A stretch of 64,000 nt of DNA from an uncultured Candidatus Saccharibacteria bacterium (GTDB lineage Bacteria; Patescibacteriota; Saccharimonadia; UBA4664; CAYXHD01): assembly GCA_964585425.1 (NCBI GenBank), contig CAZPDI010000001.1, positions 4,804 to 68,803 of the forward strand, given 5' to 3'. A program made the translations under genes and the position numbers. Below, in pieces: positions 1 through 10,011 of this stretch. The notes beneath the pieces were generated by a model. It saw only the letters and a program-made list of their open reading frames with translations, searched no databases and was not told the origin of the DNA. Numbering within the stretch: position 1 is the stretch's first letter; the number at the start of each line of letters is the position of its first letter.

Positions 1-200
1 AGTGGAGCTCCAACATTAGGGGTATGATCACCTTTGCCGACAGTAGTGAAGTTGAGTCTAAGCTACCGGCGGTTAAGCAAATTATTACACAATGGCTTAG
101 TATACCTGCATGATAAACTTGTAATAGATAACATAAGGAGGGTGCGTATGGCTAAATACGTAGATGGATTTGTGCTCGTAGTACCCAAGGGCAAACGAGC

Positions 201-647
201 ATGAGTGATGCAGATATGCGCAAAGACATGACGGTAGAACAATACCTCCAATCGCTTGAGGACGAGTCGCTTCAGGCTGATACCAAGCAGCTCATGGGGA
301 TCATGCAGAAAATCAGTGGCGAACAGCCAATATTTTACGGCTACGGTACTATTGGTTATGGCATATACAAATACGAGTATACTAGCGGCCGTAGGGGCGA
401 AGCTCATACTCTGGCCTTCTATCCGCGCAAGGGCAAGATAACCATTTACCTTATGGACGGCACTAAACGCTACTCAGAGCTACTAGCAAAACTAGGCACA
501 CACACTACCACTGGTTACTGCATTTATCTTAAGCGATTAAGCGATATTGACTTAGAGGTTTTAGAAAAAATTCTGCAGGAATCATACAACCATATACGCG
601 AGTTATCGGCGGCCGGGCCCATAGATCACATCTTGTGGCAAAAATAA
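201..647 (+). CDS. DUF1801 (YdhG-like) domain protein
   Basis: 148-aa ORF; the pattern PIFYGYG..GYG..LAFYPRKGKITIYL resembles the DUF1801 family. Weak AAGGG RBS. Confidence 0.45.
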   Translation: MSDADMRKDMTVEQYLQSLEDESLQADTKQLMGIMQKISGEQPIFYGYGTIGYGIYKYEYTSGRRGEAHTLAFYPRKGKITIYLMDGTKRYSELLAKLGTHTTTGYCIYLKRLSDIDLEVLEKILQESYNHIRELSAAGPIDHILWQK

Positions 648-709
648 GAATCTACATCTTGCACAACAATAGTACTTATGGTAATCTCAAGCTATCAGAC
701 AGGTAAAAA

Positions 710-1390
710 ATGCCATCAAAAAAGAAAAAGACTCAATTTAAGAACATCAAAAAGGGCTGGCTCCCCAGTAGCCGTAAGGCCAGATTTACACTTATCGGCT
801 TATTCGCCTTAATAATTGCCGCTGTCGGTTACGTCGCTATTCGACAAAGTTTTGCCTACTCTGGCTATTTTGTGTACTACAACCAAAAAGACTACCGCTG
901 GGCCAATAAGCCTTACCCTTATATTCCTGGCACTCGAGATCAATCGGACATTGCTATGTCACGCAGCGGCTGTGGGCCAACGGCCATGGCCATGGTAGCC
1001 AGTAGCCTTAGCCGGAGCGCTTCACCGCCCGACGTAGCCCTGTGGTATGGTAAGCGGTTTCACACCAGCGATGGAACCTTGACTAGCGTATATCCAACGT
1101 TCGCTCGAGACTATGGCCTAAAGCAGGCGTATCTGGGTAACTTTGCTAATGGGCAGGGTCGTCAAGCCGTTCAAAATAGACTCAAGATAAGCCGCTCACT
1201 AGTAATCGTTCATGCTGGTCCGGGCCTCTTTACCAGGGGCGGACACATCATCGTGCTGCGCGACTACAACCCCAGGACAAAGCAATACTTAATAGCTGAC
1301 CCTAATAACTCCAACAATAATCGCTGGTTTAGTGATCTTGATCTTATTCGTAACGGAAATCTGAACTACGCCTACGGATTTACCCGCTAA
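710..1390 (+). CDS. Membrane-anchored papain-like cysteine peptidase (Peptidase_C39-like)
   Basis: N-terminal basic stretch plus a TM helix. SGCGPTAMAMV (catalytic Cys) and GGHIIVL (His) resemble the C39_2 family. Confidence 0.45.
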   Translation: MPSKKKKTQFKNIKKGWLPSSRKARFTLIGLFALIIAAVGYVAIRQSFAYSGYFVYYNQKDYRWANKPYPYIPGTRDQSDIAMSRSGCGPTAMAMVASSLSRSASPPDVALWYGKRFHTSDGTLTSVYPTFARDYGLKQAYLGNFANGQGRQAVQNRLKISRSLVIVHAGPGLFTRGGHIIVLRDYNPRTKQYLIADPNNSNNNRWFSDLDLIRNGNLNYAYGFTR

Positions 1391-1402
1391 CAAGTCGAGC
1401 TG

Positions 1403-3034
1403 CTAATTATGCGGCATGTGGTCGTAGAGATGCTCCATGCCGTAAGAATGGCGCAGTAGCTTCTTGGTCTGATCGGTGGTGACGCCAATCTTTTTACCGG
1501 GATTCATGATGTTGTGCGGATCAAAGAGCTTTTTAACTTCTACGAATACCTTATACACATCCTGTCCATACAGGTCTTTAAGATAGGGCGCGCGACTCAA
1601 GCCGTCGTTATGTTCACCGCAGGTACTACCGCCAAGACTGATGACCATTTTGTAATACTCATCAGCTAGCTTAAGAACCTTGGTGCGATCTGTGGCTTTA
1701 CTAACATCCATAAAGGGCTGTAAGTGCAGATTAGCGTCGCCGGCATGCCCCCAAACCGCAATATCCAACTTATACTTTTTAAGAAGTTTGTAGGTCCCCT
1801 CTAGGAGCTTCTTAATATTATGGAGCGGCACCACGCCGTCTTCAATGATTGGTAAGGCTTTTTGTTTGCCTTTGTTCATCCAGATTACGGCAGCAGCCGA
1901 GTGACGTATGCGCCAGAGTTGCTGTTGCTCATCTTTTTTAACCGACATGCGGTGACTACGTGCATAGTTTTCGAGTATCCTAATAGCCCGATGAGCTTTG
2001 GTTTGACGCACAACGCTCGAATGATTATCGAACTCACACAACAAGACAATCTTGGGTGTTGGCGAAGGAACTAAACCACGGATCATACTGGGATGGTTCT
2101 TTTGTAAGAACTCCAACAGATTCTTATCGACAAACTCTAGAGCACTAGGCTCGAGCTTAATGAGTTTACGGCACGCCGCGGCCATATGGTCAAGATCATC
2201 AAAAAAGCCAACGAGCAGCGTAGTGTGCGGGTTATAGATAGGCACACTTAATTGAGCCTCGGTAACGATACCAAGCGTACCTTGCGAACCAACGATCATC
2301 GGCGTCAGGTCAAAACTACCGTACTTACCGCGAACGCCCCATAGGTTGTAACCGGCAGCATTTTTGCTGGTATGAGGACGAGCTTTATTAAGTAATGATT
2401 GGTTCTTGGCAATGAGCTCATCGAGCTCTCGGTAGATTTTACCCTCAAGGTTCTGTTGCTGCTTTTTACGAGCCAGTCCAAGCGGTGTAAGGCGTTTCGT
2501 AGTAATGATTTCGCCATTACTGAGCACCACCTGTAGGCTGCGTACATACTCGCGGGTTGATCCGTACTTAATCGTTTTTTCGCCACAAGCATTATTGCCA
2601 ATGGCCCCGCCAATACTACTAAAGTTAATGCTCGATGGATATGGAGGCATAAAGCGATGATGGCTATGAAGCACCCGCTGCAATGATGCATAGTGGACGC
2701 CCGGCTGAACAATCACCAGGTTCTTATCGATTTCTTTAATATGATGCATGTGGGCCGGGAACACCAGGCTCACCCCTTCGCCCAGAGCACCACCAGATTG
2801 ATCGGTGCCGCGGCCACGAGCTGTAATGCCAATGGTTTTGCGCTTACTGCGGGCTTCTTCGTCTAAAATCTTGACCACTTCGCTCACATCCTTGGTACTT
2901 GTAGGGTATACTACCGCCTGAGGTGTTTGGGTAAAAATACTACCATCAACGGCAAAGTAATCACGAATGTTTTGATCGGTAAAAATATCGGCCTTGGTGG
3001 CTTTTTCGATTTTAGTAATAAGTTCTTTGCGCAT
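1403..3034 (-). CDS. FAD-linked oxidase (GlcD / D-lactate dehydrogenase family)
   Basis: 543 aa with an N-terminal FAD-binding PCMH-type region and a C-terminal FAD-oxidase domain. Overall architecture matches GlcD/Dld. Confidence 0.7.
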   Translation of the reverse strand: MRKELITKIEKATKADIFTDQNIRDYFAVDGSIFTQTPQAVVYPTSTKDVSEVVKILDEEARSKRKTIGITARGRGTDQSGGALGEGVSLVFPAHMHHIKEIDKNLVIVQPGVHYASLQRVLHSHHRFMPPYPSSINFSSIGGAIGNNACGEKTIKYGSTREYVRSLQVVLSNGEIITTKRLTPLGLARKKQQQNLEGKIYRELDELIAKNQSLLNKARPHTSKNAAGYNLWGVRGKYGSFDLTPMIVGSQGTLGIVTEAQLSVPIYNPHTTLLVGFFDDLDHMAAACRKLIKLEPSALEFVDKNLLEFLQKNHPSMIRGLVPSPTPKIVLLCEFDNHSSVVRQTKAHRAIRILENYARSHRMSVKKDEQQQLWRIRHSAAAVIWMNKGKQKALPIIEDGVVPLHNIKKLLEGTYKLLKKYKLDIAVWGHAGDANLHLQPFMDVSKATDRTKVLKLADEYYKMVISLGGSTCGEHNDGLSRAPYLKDLYGQDVYKVFVEVKKLFDPHNIMNPGKKIGVTTDQTKKLLRHSYGMEHLYDHMPHN

Positions 3035-3136
3035 ATGCTTATTGTAGCAATTTGGCGACTGTTATGCGACAGTTCAGGGGAACATTTATACGAAAAATCC
3101 TTTGGGATGATCCTTGTTCAAAAAAACACTTTTTTG

Positions 3137-3191
3137 CTTATTGCAACTTTGTGGCATTAAGGGGGTCTTATCGCAACTAATTCGCAATAAG
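3137..3191. promoter_or_regulatory. Pair of 25-bp palindromic operator-like boxes (Fur/Zur-family-like)
   Basis: CTTATTGCAACTTTGTGGCATTAAG followed by CTTATCGCAACTAATTCGCAATAAG. Near-identical boxes occur at 60255-60308 next to the Fur-family gene. Confidence 0.5.
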
Positions 3192-3279
3192 CAAACAAGC
3201 CGTTTTTTAGATAGAACCCCGCCCCAGCCCCTGGCTTAAAGGCAAAAGATATGCTAGAATCTGCTAGTTACCCAACCAC

Positions 3280-3365
3280 GCGCGAGTGGTGGAATGGTAG
3301 ACACGCTGGCTTCAGGTGCCAGTGGGGGCAACCCCGTGGAGGTTCAAGTCCTCTCTCGCGCACCA
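3280..3365 (+). tRNA. tRNA-Leu (anticodon CAG)
   Basis: 7-bp acceptor stem GCGCGAG/CUCGCGC. Anticodon stem-loop CUGGC-UUCAGGU-GCCAG. Long variable arm UGGGGGCAACCCCGUG, T-arm GGUUCAAGUCC, and an encoded CCA end. Confidence 0.8.
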
Positions 3366-3380
3366 TTTATGAATATTTAG

Positions 3381-5117
3381 TTACATACGCGGGACTAATG
3401 TACTGCGGACCGTCCAGTTTTGAACATTATAAAATCGATCGGCGGCAGTTATGATCTCGCCATCACTAATGCCCTGCACCGTTTCCTCGGTTACATACAG
3501 GTAGTTTGGCGTATAGAGCATAACTGCCGGATCATCGGCACTCCACGTGTCTAGGAAGCTTTTAAGGCGTACTTTGCGTACATTTGGGTCAGTGGTGGCG
3601 CGCGCCGAAACCAGGGCTTTATCGGCCACCGGGCTACTGTATTGTGCAACGTTTAAACCAGGAGCCTTAGCCTGCGAGGAATGCCAGTAGGGATACGGAT
3701 CTAAATCGGCACCGGCATTGAGCCCATACAACAACATGTCGTAATTACGGGGCGTAATATAACTACGCTGCAAGCTGGCGACGTCCAGAACCTCAACATC
3801 CAAAGCAATACCAACAGCAGACAACTGCTTAGTAAGACGCTCGGCGACTGCTTGATAATCATCATTCTGGGCAGTCACCATACTCAAGGTGAGCTGCTTT
3901 CCGTCCTTAGTTCGCACCGAATCGCCACTTTGTGTCCAGCCAGCCGAATCCAACAACTTTTTGGCTTCCTGGATATTCTGTTTAGGTATTTTGTAATCAC
4001 CGGCAGCTGGCAGCTGACTCGTCAAAGCTGGCACAACCAGCGGCTTAGCCTGATCCTGCAAAATAGATGAAATAATTTCTTGACGATCAACGGCCGCAGC
4101 GATGGCTGATCGAACGTTAACGTCGCTCAAAATTGGACTCTGATTCCTCAAGAATAAGGCGACTTCCTCGGGGATCGAAAGGGCATGTAACGTGGTGCCG
4201 CGACCATAGCTGGACCCCGAAGTATTTGCCGAGCGCGCCATACCCATAACTTGATGCTTGCGGAAAGCCGATTGCAGCTCCGCCTGGGTGGCATAGACGC
4301 GCAATACGATACTGTCCAACTTGGGCTTACCACGGAAGTAGTTAGCATTGGCCTGCAAGGTAACTGAGCCGTTTTCGGTATCAAAGTTAGTCACCGCAAA
4401 GGGCCCGCTCCCCACCGGTACCTGGTTAAAGTCGGAGACCCGCAAATCAGCGGCGGCCGTAGTCTTGAGTATGTGTTCCGGCAAAATGCCCACGGTGGTT
4501 GAGTTTAAAAACGCGTCGTAACGTACCGGCAGCGTAACTACCACGGTTGTCGCATTAGGCGTAGCAACCTCAACGCCCTTCCAGGCCGAGGCCATTGGCG
4601 ATCGCGTATCCGGATTTTGAATACGATTAATGGTAAACGCCACGTCGGCCGACGTGACCGGCTGATCATCCTGCCACTTAGCATTGGGCTGGAGCACAAA
4701 CGTATAGGTTCGCCCATCAGGACTTACCGTCCAGGATTTAGCTAGGTCACCCTCAATTTCGGCCTTATGGTTATAGCGAGTCAGGCCAGAGAACACTAGT
4801 CGCGCAGCATCGGCATTGGCGCCGCTATCTGCCAGAATTGGGTTGATGGTAGTAATGCTACCGGTTATACCCTCGGTATAGGTGCCGCCCGGCTGGCCAG
4901 CTAAACGTAAATAAAAACTGCGTAGGGACCTGAGCTGCAAAAAGCTCACGATGCTAATAAGGGCCACGACGCTCAGCCACAACACCGTCACGCGGCGCAC
5001 CGGCTTATTGTTCTTCCAAGGCGTTACGCCCTCATGTTGAACCCGCTCCCAAAAATGTCGAATAGTAAGCGACAAGCGCTCTCTGGTTCTATGTAGGGAT
5101 CGTGGCGTTAGCCCCAT
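3381..5117 (-). CDS. ABC transporter substrate-binding protein, family 5 (peptide/nickel type)
   Basis: 578 aa with an N-terminal TM anchor and SBP_bac_5-like length and motifs. Confidence 0.65.
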   Translation of the reverse strand: MGLTPRSLHRTRERLSLTIRHFWERVQHEGVTPWKNNKPVRRVTVLWLSVVALISIVSFLQLRSLRSFYLRLAGQPGGTYTEGITGSITTINPILADSGANADAARLVFSGLTRYNHKAEIEGDLAKSWTVSPDGRTYTFVLQPNAKWQDDQPVTSADVAFTINRIQNPDTRSPMASAWKGVEVATPNATTVVVTLPVRYDAFLNSTTVGILPEHILKTTAAADLRVSDFNQVPVGSGPFAVTNFDTENGSVTLQANANYFRGKPKLDSIVLRVYATQAELQSAFRKHQVMGMARSANTSGSSYGRGTTLHALSIPEEVALFLRNQSPILSDVNVRSAIAAAVDRQEIISSILQDQAKPLVVPALTSQLPAAGDYKIPKQNIQEAKKLLDSAGWTQSGDSVRTKDGKQLTLSMVTAQNDDYQAVAERLTKQLSAVGIALDVEVLDVASLQRSYITPRNYDMLLYGLNAGADLDPYPYWHSSQAKAPGLNVAQYSSPVADKALVSARATTDPNVRKVRLKSFLDTWSADDPAVMLYTPNYLYVTEETVQGISDGEIITAADRFYNVQNWTVRSTLVPRM

Positions 5118-5136
5118 AACATATCCTATCCGTTAC

Positions 5137-5358
5137 TTACTTCTTAGCCAGTAGACCGAGAATCAGCGACAGCACAAACACGACACCGCTAATGATAGTG
5201 AGGTTAAATACTACCTTTTCGGCTCCTCGTTTGTTTCTAAAATTTCCTGAGCTGCCACCAAAGGCATCACCCAAGCCGCTGCTTTGTTGCTGGAGTAAAA
5301 TCATAATCGTCATGATTATGGCCGATATTACGGTAATAGTGTAAAAGAATGTTTTCAT
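5137..5358 (-). CDS. secG: Preprotein translocase subunit SecG
   Basis: 73 aa, two TM helices, LLQQQSSGLGDAFGG motif. Confidence 0.6.
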   Translation of the reverse strand: MKTFFYTITVISAIIMTIMILLQQQSSGLGDAFGGSSGNFRNKRGAEKVVFNLTIISGVVFVLSLILGLLAKK

Positions 5359-5720
5359 GCTGTTGCCTTCTCCGATCTGTCATCTAATAAATAATTGACG
5401 CCCCAAATAATAATAACTGCCATTATGGCTGAGCGTACCGAGGTAATGGTGAACTTGGGATATAAAAAGGTTACCAGGTAGAGCATCAAGGCGTTAATCA
5501 CCAGCATAAACAGGCCGAGCGTCACGGCGATGAGCGGCAAGGTAAGCACGACGATCAAGGGGCGCAACAAGGCATTCACGATACTGAAGATGAGTGCCGC
5601 CCAGATGAGCACGCGTAATCGACCAGTATAATCAATACCGCTTAGCAGTGTAGCAGCAGCCCACAACCCTAAAAAGTTGACGATCCAGCGGAGTATAAAG
5701 CTTTTTGCGATGTAACTCAT
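5355..5720 (-). CDS. DUF360 / phage-holin-family-4-like membrane protein
   Basis: 121 aa with four hydrophobic segments. ATGA overlap with secG. Confidence 0.45.
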   Translation of the reverse strand: MSYIAKSFILRWIVNFLGLWAAATLLSGIDYTGRLRVLIWAALIFSIVNALLRPLIVVLTLPLIAVTLGLFMLVINALMLYLVTFLYPKFTITSVRSAIMAVIIIWGVNYLLDDRSEKATA

Positions 5721-5728
5721 TTTGCATT

Positions 5729-7228
5729 CTATTTTAGCATATTGGCGTCTAAATAGCCACGGAGAGCCTTGGCTTTGGCGGGGCCAATAACCTCTGCCAA
5801 TTGCTCACGAGTGGCCTCTTGAACACCTCGACCAGACCCAAAAGCCTTGACCAATTTTTTGCGCGTGGCCGGCCCAATGCCCGGCGCATCATCAAGAATT
5901 GATTTGGTCGCCCGCTTGCCACGCAACAGACTATGATACGTCACCGCAAAACGATGAGCTTCATCGCGTACGCGCTGTAGTAATTGTAAAACGTGCGAGC
6001 TTTCGGGTAGCAAAATGACTTCGAAATCAACATTAGCGTACACCCAGGCCTCATCTTCGTAATGTCCACGCCTATCAATAGCTACATCAGCTGTTCGGCG
6101 ACGAATAATTTCTTCTTCACGCTTAGCCAATCCAATGGCCGGGATGGTGATGCCGAGCTCGTCGAGTACGCCCAAGGCGGCACCAAGTTGCCCCTTACCG
6201 CCATCGATAAGTAGTAAATCGGGCTTCGGCCACGCAGTCAGGTTCTTGGCGCTAAAGCGTCGTCGCATAACTTCGCGCATGTGCCCAAAATCATCATTAC
6301 CCTTAAGTTGCATTTTAAAGCGCCGATACTCATCTTTATGCGGCACGCCATCGGTAAACACCACCATACTAGCAACATTGTCGCTACCCTGCATATGCGA
6401 GATATCATAGGCCTCGATACGCCGCGGTGCGCCCTTGAGTTGCAACCTGTCGGCTAACCCCACGAGAGCTTGATCGTTACGCAGATCAAACGCTTCATTT
6501 TCGCCAAAGATCATCTGCTTTTTAAAGCTCAGGAGCAACTGGAGCTTGTCGCGCAGCTGACCGGCCGCTTCGAACTCCTTCTTTTTTGCGGCTCGATCCA
6601 TATCCTTTTTTACCTGATCAATCAGCTTGGTGTGTTCGCCACGAAGATATAACTTGAGCTGACGGACCGTGCGCGCATATTCCGCTGGTGTAATGGCGTT
6701 TTCTTCGGGCCCCGGGCATAAGCCAAGGTGGAACTGCAAACAACCGCGAGCCGGCATGGTGCTATGAGTAACATACGGAAAGGCTTTACGTAGTATTTTA
6801 AGTGCTTGCCGTACACTGTAGCCATCACTAAACGGTCCATAATAGCTAGCACCGTCATCCAGCGGACGACGAACGTAGCTCAATACTGGATATACATCCT
6901 TACTAAGCCGCACATATTGCCAATGTTTGTCATCGCGCAAATCGATATTAAACTTCGGCATGTAGCGTTTTATAAACTCACTCTCTAAAAAGAGTGCTTC
7001 GACTTCACTATCAACCGTTATCCAGTCTGTCATCGCAATGTTCTGCAGCAGAACCAACGTCTTAGGATCACGATCTTTGCGAGTCTGGAAGTATGAGCTG
7101 ACACGGTTCTTAAGATTGGCGGCCTTACCAATATAAATAATCTTGCCCTTGGCGTCTTTGTGGAAGTAGACACCTGGTTGTTGCGGCAAGGTTTTAAGCT
7201 TATCTTTAAGTTTTTGACTAATTTCCAT
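5729..7228 (-). CDS. uvrC: Excinuclease ABC subunit C
   Basis: GIY-YIG N-terminus (GVYFHKDAKGKIIYIGKA..NLKNRVSSYF), UvrC homology region and a C-terminal HhH. Confidence 0.9.
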   Translation of the reverse strand: MEISQKLKDKLKTLPQQPGVYFHKDAKGKIIYIGKAANLKNRVSSYFQTRKDRDPKTLVLLQNIAMTDWITVDSEVEALFLESEFIKRYMPKFNIDLRDDKHWQYVRLSKDVYPVLSYVRRPLDDGASYYGPFSDGYSVRQALKILRKAFPYVTHSTMPARGCLQFHLGLCPGPEENAITPAEYARTVRQLKLYLRGEHTKLIDQVKKDMDRAAKKKEFEAAGQLRDKLQLLLSFKKQMIFGENEAFDLRNDQALVGLADRLQLKGAPRRIEAYDISHMQGSDNVASMVVFTDGVPHKDEYRRFKMQLKGNDDFGHMREVMRRRFSAKNLTAWPKPDLLLIDGGKGQLGAALGVLDELGITIPAIGLAKREEEIIRRRTADVAIDRRGHYEDEAWVYANVDFEVILLPESSHVLQLLQRVRDEAHRFAVTYHSLLRGKRATKSILDDAPGIGPATRKKLVKAFGSGRGVQEATREQLAEVIGPAKAKALRGYLDANMLK

Positions 7229-7260
7229 ATTGCCTATTATAGCTCATTATGATGTAATCT

Positions 7261-7596
7261 ATGCATCCGTCGAAACAGGGTGCGACGCGAAGCACTTTCT
7301 TACATAATCATCCAGGGGGAATGATGAGTATCTCTACGAGTCGAGAAAACGTCATTCGCAGCGTGGCGCAACATTCGGCCGCCGAGCTCGAGCTCAAGGT
7401 ACTCGATGGCGGCGTAGATCAGTCGGGTGTCACCACATATGTACTGAAAAAAGTCACACTCGTCACGCCAAGTCTAGAAGAAGAGGAGCTTCTACTGCTG
7501 CTTATTAATCAGCAGCTTCGATGCGGTCTGTTCGTTACTGAACTCAGAATCTGTTACCCCATGACCTCGATGGTCAAGTTCATCAGCCTCAACTAG
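7261..7596 (+). CDS. Small hypothetical protein, paralog 1 (likely start at ATGATG 7321)
   Basis: GGGGGA RBS before ATGATG. Homologous to the next ORF, with conserved ..AAELE.. and a C-terminal L.NQQL.CGLF.T...YP...V.FI..N. Confidence 0.4.
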   Translation: MHPSKQGATRSTFLHNHPGGMMSISTSRENVIRSVAQHSAAELELKVLDGGVDQSGVTTYVLKKVTLVTPSLEEEELLLLLINQQLRCGLFVTELRICYPMTSMVKFISLN

Positions 7597-7615
7597 TATC
7601 CAGGAGGTATGACAT

Positions 7616-7885
7616 ATGCCCGTTCCTGAAAAACGCGAAAACCTGATCCATACAATGGCTATGAATCTGGCTGCCGAGCTAGAGGAGGCTGCCGAAAGCA
7701 AGGCGGACCGATCAGGCCTAACCAGGCACTTGCTTAAAGGTCCAATGCATCAACCGGCCAATAATGATGAACTCGTGCTATTGAGAGATTCACTCAATCG
7801 ACAACTCCAATATGGTCTTTACATCACCTGTATGTACACCCTCTATCCAAATGGCTACATGGTAGATGTGATTTGCGTAAATTAA
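7616..7885 (+). CDS. Small hypothetical protein, paralog 2
   Basis: AGGAGG RBS 7 nt upstream. 89 aa, clearly alignable to the preceding ORF. Followed by a hairpin and a T6 run. Confidence 0.45.
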   Translation: MPVPEKRENLIHTMAMNLAAELEEAAESKADRSGLTRHLLKGPMHQPANNDELVLLRDSLNRQLQYGLYITCMYTLYPNGYMVDVICVN

Positions 7886-8003
7886 CGCCCTACTGCGCGA
7901 GCCTCCGCCGCCTGGTGGGGCGCTCGTCTTTTTTACAACAGATTATTGGATTTCGTGCGTAGGATTTAAGATAATTTTAAGATTTATTCCTTATTCTTGA
8001 TAT

Positions 8004-8204
8004 GTGAATACACAATTACTAGACGCAATGAGAATCATTATCAGAGAAGAGCTTAAACCGTTTTACTTGAGACTGGATGAACACGACTACAAACTCGATG
8101 CCATACTTGAGGCTTGGCAAATTCAAAAACGACACCAAAGCAAACTCGAAGATCATGAACATCGTATACGGCATATTGAGCATCGACTACCCGCTATCAG
8201 GTAA
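8004..8204 (+). CDS. Small His-rich hypothetical protein
   Basis: 66-aa ORF only. Confidence 0.2.
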   Translation: MNTQLLDAMRIIIREELKPFYLRLDEHDYKLDAILEAWQIQKRHQSKLEDHEHRIRHIEHRLPAIR

Positions 8205-8222
8205 TCTGCTAAACTAATAGAT

Positions 8223-8693
8223 GTGAAACGCATCGGACTACTCTTTGGCTCGTTTAACCCATTGCATAATGGACATCTATTATTATCTGACTCTGCGCAA
8301 AAAAGTACCGAGCTCGATGAGGTCTGGTTTATAGTACAGCCTCAGAACAGCTACAAGCCCATTACGGAGTTATTAGATTATGACACACGTAAAAATCTGA
8401 TTATTACATCCGGTTTATATCTTTTTGAGCCCAAGACGAAAAATTATGCTCATTATATTCTTGAGACACTTAAAGAGATTAAAGGCGCTGACCTGACGCT
8501 CATTCTTGGCGAAGACCTATCGGCAAGCTTCCCCTATTGGGAGGATTACCACGAGATCAAAGAGTTGGCACAAGTGTATGAATCACCGCGCCTGGACGAT
8601 ATCTCATCCGGACTGGTTCGTGATCGCTTACAGGCCGGCCAGCCTATTGACCATCTGGTTCCACGCTCAGTAGCCGATTACCTTCGGCCGTAA
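8223..8693 (+). CDS. nadD: Nicotinate-nucleotide adenylyltransferase
   Basis: GTG start. [10 protein letters not shown] (T/HxGH nucleotidyltransferase motif). C-terminal [22 protein letters not shown] matches the NadD signature. Confidence 0.6.
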   Translation: MKRIGLLFGSFNPLHNGHLLLSDSAQKSTELDEVWFIVQPQNSYKPITELLDYDTRKNLIITSGLYLFEPKTKNYAHYILETLKEIKGADLTLILGEDLSASFPYWEDYHEIKELAQVYESPRLDDISSGLVRDRLQAGQPIDHLVPRSVADYLRP

Positions 8694-9879
8694 TGAGCAC
8701 GTCGTCTTCGATGCGGACACCTATCCCCTCTTCGGCGATATAAATACCCGGCTCACATGTCAGCACCATACCGGCTTCGAAGACTGCTTCACGACTGCCC
8801 ACGTCATGAGCGTCAAGACCTAAAAAGTGTTAGGTAATATGTTTAAAATAACGACGATAAGCTGGCCAACCTAGCTCACCTTCTAACTCATCGGCCTTTT
8901 CTAAAGTTTCAAATAATCCAATCTCAACCAACGTATTAGCCATGATCTGAGCCGCTTGGCGTTCAAATTCGTTGAATTTGACTCCTGGTTTCATCAAAGC
9001 TAATGCCTCTTGCTGGACCAATCGGACTGTATCTATAATCTGCTGTTGGCGTTCACTCAACTCATCAATCGAAAACGTTCGCGAGATATCCGCCGCATAA
9101 CCTTCGACTTCGACGCCGACATCAAACAAGACCAGATCACCCTTATTCATTTTAGTCGCATCTGGCTGATGATGAATAATACAGGTATTTTTGCCAAATG
9201 AGATAATAGGCGGGAAGGCTTGCTCATAGCCTCGCGCGCTACAAAATTTAATAAATTCGGCAGCTATTTCTCGCTCAGTAACCCCCACTTTCAACAATGA
9301 TTTGGCGTGAGCTATGGCTAGATGCGTCTCAGATATAGCCTGGGATATCACATCAACTTCTTCATCAGATTTAATCACGCGCAAATTTTCTATTTCGGGA
9401 TTGATCGCCGCCAACTCTACATCTGGATGAGATTCTTTGATCAGGTTCCATAACTGCCAAGCTGCTATCTGACTCACTGCAGTATCTGGCATGTCTATAT
9501 ACACAATTTGTGGCGAATCCTTCAGGAGCTTTGCTATCAGCTCATCTCGCTCTTTATACTCCTGGATCGAATCTATACCGCTCTGAGTCCTCAGTTCAGC
9601 AATCTGATTGCTACGCCCCTCCCAGACTGCCATAAAGGGATGGAGCTGTGTAATGTACAGCTCTTCAATAATACGCTCATCCTGGGTCTTTTTAAGCACC
9701 AAAATCGCATCTGGCTGACTGATACCGGTCAGATACAAAAAATTATTACTCTGCCGGAACGGATAGGTGGCGTCGGCAGTACGCTCAATCTCTGAATTAC
9801 CCGCCAGTATAAGCATACTATCTGGAGCCATAGTGGCCGCTATCTGTTGACGCCGATGTAGATAAGTCGCGCTATTCAT
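8643..9879 (-). pseudogene. Xaa-Pro aminopeptidase (M24B) interrupted by an in-frame TAA
   Basis: Creatinase/M24 N-terminal and catalytic domains. An in-frame TAA at 8830-8832 falls inside the conserved H..GH.LGLD.HD motif ([16 protein letters not shown]). The same frame continues through [25 protein letters not shown] to a stop near 8643 and overlaps the nadD 3' end. Confidence 0.55.
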
Positions 9880-9906
9880 ACCTCTATACTACCATGTCAA
9901 AACCTA

Positions 9907-9935
9907 TTGACATTACTATCACTTGGGAAGATAAT
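9907..9935 (+). promoter_or_regulatory. Predicted sigma70 promoter for cassette 1
   Basis: TTGACA, 17-nt spacer, GATAAT. Confidence 0.45.
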
Positions 9936-9977
9936 ATCACACATGTTTGAGCGTCTCTGACGCTCAGATAGAAACCC

Positions 9978-10011
9978 GACAAAGCCAACCTACTACCCCG
10001 AAAGAGGTCCC
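9978..10011. repeat. 5' box of cassette 1 (GACAAAGCCAAC..CCGAAAGAGGTCCCG)
   Basis: Repeated at 10404-10437 before cassette 2. Its reverse complement is found after each stop codon. Confidence 0.6.

Noticed and set aside
148-204. 18-codon ORF MAKYVDGFVLVVPKGKRA with a strong AAGGAGG RBS, resembling a DUF1428-type N-terminus
   Set aside because: It stops after 18 codons and the frame does not reopen. It may be a remnant or a leader peptide. There is not enough sequence to call a gene.
63-407. 114-aa minus-strand ORF overlapping the DUF1801 gene
   Set aside because: It has no RBS or homology and is fully antisense to a better-supported ORF.
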